Below are positions 47,399 through 52,028 of a stretch of 52,028 bases of DNA, one piece after another; position 1 is the stretch's first letter; the number at the start of each line of letters is the position of its first letter. The notes below the pieces were generated by a model, which had not been told where the DNA came from, ran no database searches, and worked only from the letters and a program-made list of their open reading frames with translations. The stretch is from Thermoleophilia bacterium. GTDB taxonomy: Bacteria > Actinomycetota > Thermoleophilia > Gaiellales > Gaiellaceae. The translations under genes were made by a program, and so were the position numbers. Location of the stretch: NCBI GenBank assembly GCA_025925195.1, contig JAICLU010000001.1:1-52028 (forward strand), written 5' to 3'.

Positions 47399-48521
47399 TC
47401 GCCCCCGCGTAGATCGCCGCGGCCTCCACGAGCTGGTCTCGTGAGACGGCGTCGTCGCCGAGGACACCGGTCGTGTCGAGCTCCCCGGAGAGCGGCCCGC
47501 ACATGACCGCCGGAACACCGATCGAGCAGGCGTAGCCGGCGTCGAAGGTCGATTCGGGATAGAACCCCTCGGACGCTCCGCCCGCCCGCAGCGCCCGGAC
47601 GACCGCCGCATCCTCCGCGACGAGCGCCGGGATCATCGTCGCTCCCTGGCGCACCGACACGTCGAGGCCGGTGAGCGCGTCGGCCACCTCGGCGACGGCG
47701 CGCGCGGGATCGTCACCCGGCAGGAGCCGGCGGTCGAGCACGAGCCGGCACCACGCGGGAGTCGTGTGGGGCGCGACCGGGCCGCACGTCAGCTTGTACG
47801 GGAGGATCGAGCGGCGCCCGAGCAGCGGATGCTCCGCCGGGTCGAGCGTCAGCCCGTCGAGCCGCCGCTGCACCTCCGCGACGACGGGGATCGGGTTGCG
47901 GCCGAGCCGCCCGGCGACGCTCGAGTGCGTCGGCTCGCCGTCGATCTCGACCACGACGTCGACCCGGCCGCGGTTCCCGAGCGAGATCCGATTGCGCGTC
48001 CCGACGGTGAGCACGGCGCCGGCGGGTAGCGGGTCGAGCGACTCGTAGAGCACGCGCGAGCTCTCGTGCGTCGAGCTTCCCTCGGAGCAGACCCCGACGA
48101 TCGCGCGTCCGTCGAGCTCGACCCCGTCCGCGCGCAGGGCGGCGACGGCGGCGCAGACCGCTGCGAGCCCGCCTTTGCTCTGGCTCGCTCCGACGCCCGC
48201 CCACAGCTCCACGCCCGTCGCACTGCGGACGCGCCGGGCGCGCAGCGGCTCCTCCATCTCGTTGCCGTGGTGCAGCGCCGGATACGCGAGGAACAGGAGC
48301 TCGCGGCCGGTCGGCTCGCCGAAGCGGGCGACGACGTTGTTCAGGCGGTCGATCGCGACCGTGGCGCCGAGCTCCTCGAATGCCGGCGCGGCCACCTCAC
48401 GGGCAAATCGGGCGAGGCGCGGGTCGAGCGGATCGATGCGGTTCGCGCCGGCCGCGACGAGCGTGTCGGCGGCGACGAACGTCTCGAACCAGCGCCACAG
48501 CGCGTCGACGTCGATCGTCAT
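47385..48521 (-). CDS. M20-like protein with apparently degenerate metal-binding motifs
   Basis: The block 'GVGASQSKGGLAAVCAAVAAL' aligns to the M20 'GRGAxDMKGG' block but has Q in place of the bridging Asp. 'CSEGSS' replaces the usual 'DEE'. There is no clear HxD near the N-terminus. ATGA overlap with the upstream LLM gene. Confidence 0.6.
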   Translation of the reverse strand: MTIDVDALWRWFETFVAADTLVAAGANRIDPLDPRLARFAREVAAPAFEELGATVAIDRLNNVVARFGEPTGRELLFLAYPALHHGNEMEEPLRARRVRSATGVELWAGVGASQSKGGLAAVCAAVAALRADGVELDGRAIVGVCSEGSSTHESSRVLYESLDPLPAGAVLTVGTRNRISLGNRGRVDVVVEIDGEPTHSSVAGRLGRNPIPVVAEVQRRLDGLTLDPAEHPLLGRRSILPYKLTCGPVAPHTTPAWCRLVLDRRLLPGDDPARAVAEVADALTGLDVSVRQGATMIPALVAEDAAVVRALRAGGASEGFYPESTFDAGYACSIGVPAVMCGPLSGELDTTGVLGDDAVSRDQLVEAAAIYAGAIRAV

Positions 48522-49504
48522 CCCGCCAGGGCCGGAATGATCGACTCGCCGAACGCCGCGAGCACCCGGTCGGGCAGCGTGTACGACGAGAAGTGGCGGA
48601 TGTAGAAGTTCGTCGCTCCCGCGTCGGCGGCGCGTTCGAGGCGGGCGATGCACTGCTCGGCGCTGCCGACCAGGCAGAAGGCATCGGCGTATCGGCGGGC
48701 CATCTCGTCGGTCACCCACTCCCCGGCGGCCTCCGCGGCCTCGTCCCAGTCCTCGGCGTGGGACATGTCGGGATAGATGCCGCCGACGACGGCAGGCGGT
48801 TCGATGTCGATTCCGATCGACCGTAGCGTCTCGCCGCCGCCGACCTGCGCCGTCGCGACGACGTAGGGCTTCACGATGCGCGCCGCCTCGCGCTCGTCGT
48901 CGGTGACGTGGCAGAACGTGCCGACGCAGAGCTCGACGCCGGGCCCGACCTGGGTCCGCAGCCGCCGGACGAGCTCCGGCGCGATGCCGGTGGCGGTGAT
49001 GACGCCGTCGGCGATCTCGCCCGCGAGGGCGAGCGCCTTTGGCCCGTTCGCCGCCAGGTAGACGGGGATCGGCCGCTCGGCCGCGGCGTGCGGGCGCATC
49101 GGCCGCCCGTCGAAGTCGACGGTCGCGCCGCGCACGAGGTCGCGGAGGCGCTCGACGCCCGATCGCATCCCGGCAAGGCGCGTCGGCCTCAGCCCGAGCG
49201 TCTTGATCGAGCTGTCGCCGCTGCCGACGCCGAGGATCGTCCGGCCGGGCGCGAGCTCCTCGAGCGTCACGGCGGCAGCGGCAGTCACCGACAGGTGCCG
49301 GGTCTCGAAGTTCGTCACGCACGGGCCGAGCGCGATGCGCTCGGTCCGGTCGGCCGCGAGCGCGAGACAGGACCAGACGTCTCGCCAGAGGAACTGAGAG
49401 TCCGGCAGCCACGCGATGTCGAAGCCGGCGCGCTCGGCGTCGGCGACGCAGCGGGCGACCTCATGCGCAGGCGCGCAGGGAGGGATCCGGAGGCCGAAGC
49501 GCAC
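48518..49504 (-). CDS. LLM-class (luciferase-like) oxidoreductase, probably F420-dependent
   Basis: 'GFDIAWLPDSQFLWRD...ALGPCVTNFETRHLSVTAAAAVTLEELAPGRTILGVGSGDS' parallels the LLM at 27174-28196. GTG start. Confidence 0.8.
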   Translation of the reverse strand: MRFGLRIPPCAPAHEVARCVADAERAGFDIAWLPDSQFLWRDVWSCLALAADRTERIALGPCVTNFETRHLSVTAAAAVTLEELAPGRTILGVGSGDSSIKTLGLRPTRLAGMRSGVERLRDLVRGATVDFDGRPMRPHAAAERPIPVYLAANGPKALALAGEIADGVITATGIAPELVRRLRTQVGPGVELCVGTFCHVTDDEREAARIVKPYVVATAQVGGGETLRSIGIDIEPPAVVGGIYPDMSHAEDWDEAAEAAGEWVTDEMARRYADAFCLVGSAEQCIARLERAADAGATNFYIRHFSSYTLPDRVLAAFGESIIPALAG

Positions 49505-49527
49505 GCCCGGAACCTACCGCCGAAGCC

Positions 49528-49593
49528 GGCTCGGCCCGCGTCCGGTGCCGGCGGCAGAGGAGGCGACCGCCACACACCGGACGCGGGCGAGCC
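49528..49593. other. Long GC-rich imperfect hairpin in the largest intergenic spacer
   Basis: GGCTCGGCCCGCGTCCGGTG (49528-47) pairs with CACCGGACGCGGGCGAGCC (49575-93): 19 bp with one bulged G. Nested GGCGG/CCGCC (49550-54 and 49567-71), apical loop CAGAGGAGGCGA. A second hairpin is GGCGCG-N7-CGCGCC at 49632-50. Confidence 0.6.
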
Positions 49594-49811
49594 GAAGGCC
49601 CCCCGCGCACCGATCTCGTTTCCACCCGAGAGGCGCGAAAACCCCGCGCCGCTCTCAGCGCTGCTGAAGCTATTCGCGGTGTCGAGCGGGAGCCCGTCGA
49701 CGGCCACGCCGACGTCCGCCAAGATCTGTGACGTGCAGCGCGCGCATGAACGTGCGGATCCCCGCAAAGGCGCGGCACGACGTGCGCGGTCGAGCGGTTT
49801 GTAAGGAGGTT

Positions 49812-51848
49812 GTGACATCGTCTGCAGGCCCGACCGGCCGTCGGTACTCTCGCGCCGTGGGGTCGATCGCGAGATGTCTCGCGCTCGTCGCGCTCGTGCT
49901 CGTGGCCACTGCGGCGACGTACGCGAAGGGCGTCGACGTGTCGAACTACCAGGGCTCGATCGACTGGCTGCAGGTGGCCGGCGGGGGCTACACGTTCGCG
50001 TTCGCGAAGGCGTCGGAGGGCACGACGTTCACCGACGTCACGTATGCGCTCAACCGCTCAGGCACCTCGGGAATCGGGCTGCGACTCGGCGCGTACCACT
50101 TCGCGCGGCCGTCCGGCACGAGCGACGCGCTGATCACGTCCGGCGCGATCGCGCAGGCCGACCATTTCGTCGACGTCGCTCAGCCGAAGGGCGGCGACCT
50201 GCCGCCGGTCGTCGATCTCGAGTCGAACGGCGGCCTGAAGCCGCCGGGGCTCGTCAAGTGGACCCAGGCATGGCTCGACGAGGTCGCGGCGCGCACCGGC
50301 CTGAGCGCGCTCATCTACGCGTCGCCGGCGTTCTGGAAGAGCTCACTCGACGACACGAGCGCCTTCGCGCTCGCCGGCCACCGGCTGTGGATCGCGCACT
50401 GGACGAAGAACGCAGCCCCCTCGCTGCCCGCGGCGAACTGGGGCGGCACCGGCTGGGCGTTCTGGCAGTGGTCGGATTGCCAGAAGATCCCCGGGATCAC
50501 GAGCAGGTGTGTCGACGCCGACCGCGTCAACGGCGCCGATCCGACGCCGTTCGCCGTGCCCGCGCTCCCTGCGGGCGCCCCCGCTCCCGCAACCGCTCCG
50601 ACGATCGTCGGGCCCGCCCGTGCCGGCGCGAAGCTCGCCGCCGTGCCGGGGACGTGGACCGGCGGCAAGCCCGTCTCGTTCACATACCAGTGGCAGCAGT
50701 GCGACGCCGCAGGCGCGGGCTGTGCGCCGATCCCGGGCGCGACCACCGAGTCGTTCACGCCGACCGCGGCGAACATCGGTCACGCGCTCGTCGTCTCGGT
50801 GACGGCGACGTCCAAGGGCGGCGCTGCCGCGGCGTCGTCCGCGCCGACCGGCGCGATCGCGACGGCGACCGGCGTGTCCCTGCCCGCCGCGCTGTCGCAA
50901 CCGCAGGTCACGGGCACGCTCGTCGTCGGTCAGACGGTCACCGGCTCCGCCGGCACCTGGACCGGCGCGCCGAGCTCATACACCTACGCCTGGCAGCGGT
51001 GTAGCGCATCGGGCGCCGACTGCGTCGCAATCGCAGGCGCGACGACACCGTCGTACACGCTGACACCGGGCGACGTCGGTGCGACGCTGACCCTGCTCGT
51101 GACCGCCCGCAACACGGCGGGCTCCACCCCGTCGTCGGCCGTGCCGACCGCCGCCGTCGCGCCGGCACCGATCCCGCCGGCCGTCGTCGACTCGCTCGCC
51201 GCACAGCCGGGCGCCGCAGGCGCGGTCGTGACGGCAGACGGCGCCGCAACGGTCACATGGCAGCCGGGCGCGGTCCCGCCGGGCACGGCCGTCGGTCTGA
51301 CCTCCGACGGCACGACGCTCGGCGTCTCGCTCACACCGGGCGCGACACTGCCGTGGCCCGTCGACATCGCCTATGCCGGCGCACCGGCCGACCAGGTGGT
51401 CGGCGTCTCCAAGGACGGGCGGGTGTGGTCGCCGGTCGGCACCGTGACGGCGCCGCCCGCGCTGCCGGCGGGGTTCCTCACGGGCGCCTACTCGGCGGCG
51501 GGCGTGCAGCACGTACTGACGCGCAAGGCGGCGCAGTTCCGGCTCTTCGCTCCGAACGCCTGGGGCGACCCGCGCCTCGTTTCGCGCTACGCGCCACGGC
51601 TCCGCCGGGCGGCGCCGGTCCGGGTGACGAAGCTGCGGAGCGGCGTGCTCGTCGTGCGGACGCGTCTCTCGTCGCCGTCGCAGGTTTTCGTCACGCCGGG
51701 CCGCCGGCGTGTCCTGCGGCCCGGGACGTTCCCCGTGGCGATCCGCGTCGCGAGACATGCGCGCGGCACCGTGCTCCACGTGCACGTCACGGCCGTCGAC
51801 CCGTGGGGCCGCCGCGGCGGCTTCACGCTGTCGTTCCGCGCCCCGTAA
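49812..51848 (+). CDS. Secreted GH25 muramidase (lysozyme) with tandem Cys-pair repeats and an unknown C-terminal domain
   Basis: 'GVDVSNYQGSIDW...FAFAKASEGTTFTD...GAYHFARP...PPVVDLE' is the GH25 core. Signal peptide 'CLALVALVLVATAATYA'. GTG 49812 follows TAAGGAGG with a short spacer; GTG 49857 is the alternative. Confidence 0.85.
   Translation: MTSSAGPTGRRYSRAVGSIARCLALVALVLVATAATYAKGVDVSNYQGSIDWLQVAGGGYTFAFAKASEGTTFTDVTYALNRSGTSGIGLRLGAYHFARPSGTSDALITSGAIAQADHFVDVAQPKGGDLPPVVDLESNGGLKPPGLVKWTQAWLDEVAARTGLSALIYASPAFWKSSLDDTSAFALAGHRLWIAHWTKNAAPSLPAANWGGTGWAFWQWSDCQKIPGITSRCVDADRVNGADPTPFAVPALPAGAPAPATAPTIVGPARAGAKLAAVPGTWTGGKPVSFTYQWQQCDAAGAGCAPIPGATTESFTPTAANIGHALVVSVTATSKGGAAAASSAPTGAIATATGVSLPAALSQPQVTGTLVVGQTVTGSAGTWTGAPSSYTYAWQRCSASGADCVAIAGATTPSYTLTPGDVGATLTLLVTARNTAGSTPSSAVPTAAVAPAPIPPAVVDSLAAQPGAAGAVVTADGAATVTWQPGAVPPGTAVGLTSDGTTLGVSLTPGATLPWPVDIAYAGAPADQVVGVSKDGRVWSPVGTVTAPPALPAGFLTGAYSAAGVQHVLTRKAAQFRLFAPNAWGDPRLVSRYAPRLRRAAPVRVTKLRSGVLVVRTRLSSPSQVFVTPGRRRVLRPGTFPVAIRVARHARGTVLHVHVTAVDPWGRRGGFTLSFRAP
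50598..51158 (+). repeat. Two tandem protein repeats of about 90-100 aa inside the GH25 gene
   Basis: Both copies follow the pattern G-x-W-T-G-x-P-x-x-(F/Y)-T-Y-x-W-Q-x-C-x(6)-C-x-x-I-x-G-A-T-x-x-S-(F/Y)-T-x-T...V-T-A. Copy 1 reads 'GTWTGGKPVSFTYQWQQCDAAGAGCAPIPGATTESFTPT'. Copy 2 reads 'GTWTGAPSSYTYAWQRCSASGADCVAIAGATTPSYTLT'. Confidence 0.8.
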
Positions 51849-51903
51849 GTCCGCTCACGACGCTGCTGCTCGGCGAGCCCGGGACGGGCGCCCTGGCCTT
51901 TGC

Positions 51904-52028
51904 TCAGAGCGGCAGCGTCAGGCTCTCGAGGTCCCGCGGATACTCGGTGAGGACCTCGATGCCGCCGTCCGTGACGACGACCGTGTCCGAATGGCGCAGG
52001 CCGCCGAGCTCCGCGTCGTACACACCCG
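51904..52028 (-). CDS. C-terminal fragment of an M24-fold (Xaa-Pro peptidase/creatinase family) protein, 5' part outside the window
   Basis: 'GVYDAELGGLRHSDTVVVTDGGIEVLTEYP' aligns to the M24 C-terminal 'GGVRIEDTVLVT..G.E.LT' block. Ser replaces the usual metal-ligand Glu. Confidence 0.6.
   Translation of the reverse strand, partial: GVYDAELGGLRHSDTVVVTDGGIEVLTEYPRDLESLTLPL

Noticed and set aside
49595-49811. Cyclic-di-AMP (ydaO/yuaA) riboswitch upstream of the GH25 cell-wall hydrolase, as is common in actinobacteria.
   Set aside because: I could not find the hallmark conserved blocks as I remember them (ACGGGGA..CC, GGGGUGAAUC, CCCGAA..CCGACAGCU). Only loose resemblances are present (GAGCGGGAGCC, GUGCGGAUCC). 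This is kept only as something for cmsearch with RF00379 to settle.

Overview
This is a very GC-rich, gene-dense chromosomal segment; third codon positions are almost all G/C, so long antisense ORFs in the six-frame track are artefacts. The style is actinobacterial: many GTG/TTG starts, ATGA/GTGA stop-start overlaps, and F420-type enzyme families. I call 56 CDS (two are speculative micro-ORFs), one tRNA-Cys, one decayed ligD polymerase-domain pseudogene, a CsoR operator, two LacI-type operator candidates and a few hairpins. All family calls rest on motifs I recognise by eye; no database search was run.

Content from left to right:
- DUF4097 fragment and three tandem MFS paralogues.
- gatC-gatA-[85-aa unknown ORF]-gatB, then csp, and an acyltransferase coupled to folD.
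- An orphan soluble HMG-CoA reductase.
- An operon of ferritin-like diiron protein, GNAT, ECF sigma and a membrane protein, with a divergent ABM monooxygenase.
- A copper cassette: copA-copZ divergent from csoR-DUF4396.
- The ligD relic.
- A six-gene MoxR-DUF58-VWA (Bat-like) operon.
- A cyclophilin lipoprotein and tRNA-Cys.
- A long minus-strand run: LacI, ABC ATPase, MFS, LLM oxidoreductase, sugar-phosphate isomerase, S9 peptidase and a 37-aa membrane ORF.
- A sugar ABC importer with GH42 and araA-araD-araB.
- A hydantoinase/carbamoylase cluster with a NitT/TauT-type ABC importer and F420-family redox genes.
- A secreted GH25 muramidase with tandem Cys-pair repeats, and an M24-fold fragment at the right edge.

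No CRISPR array, transposase, integrase or obvious defence system is visible.

Most interesting candidates:
1. A pyrimidine/hydantoin catabolic cluster that lacks a PydA-type reductase. It has a deazaflavin (DDN/FDOR) reductase translationally coupled to the carbamoylase and an LLM oxidoreductase next door.
2. The tightly coupled unknown ORF inside gatCAB.
3. The ECF-sigma operon with a diiron protein and no recognisable anti-sigma domain.
4. The orphan HMG-CoA reductase.
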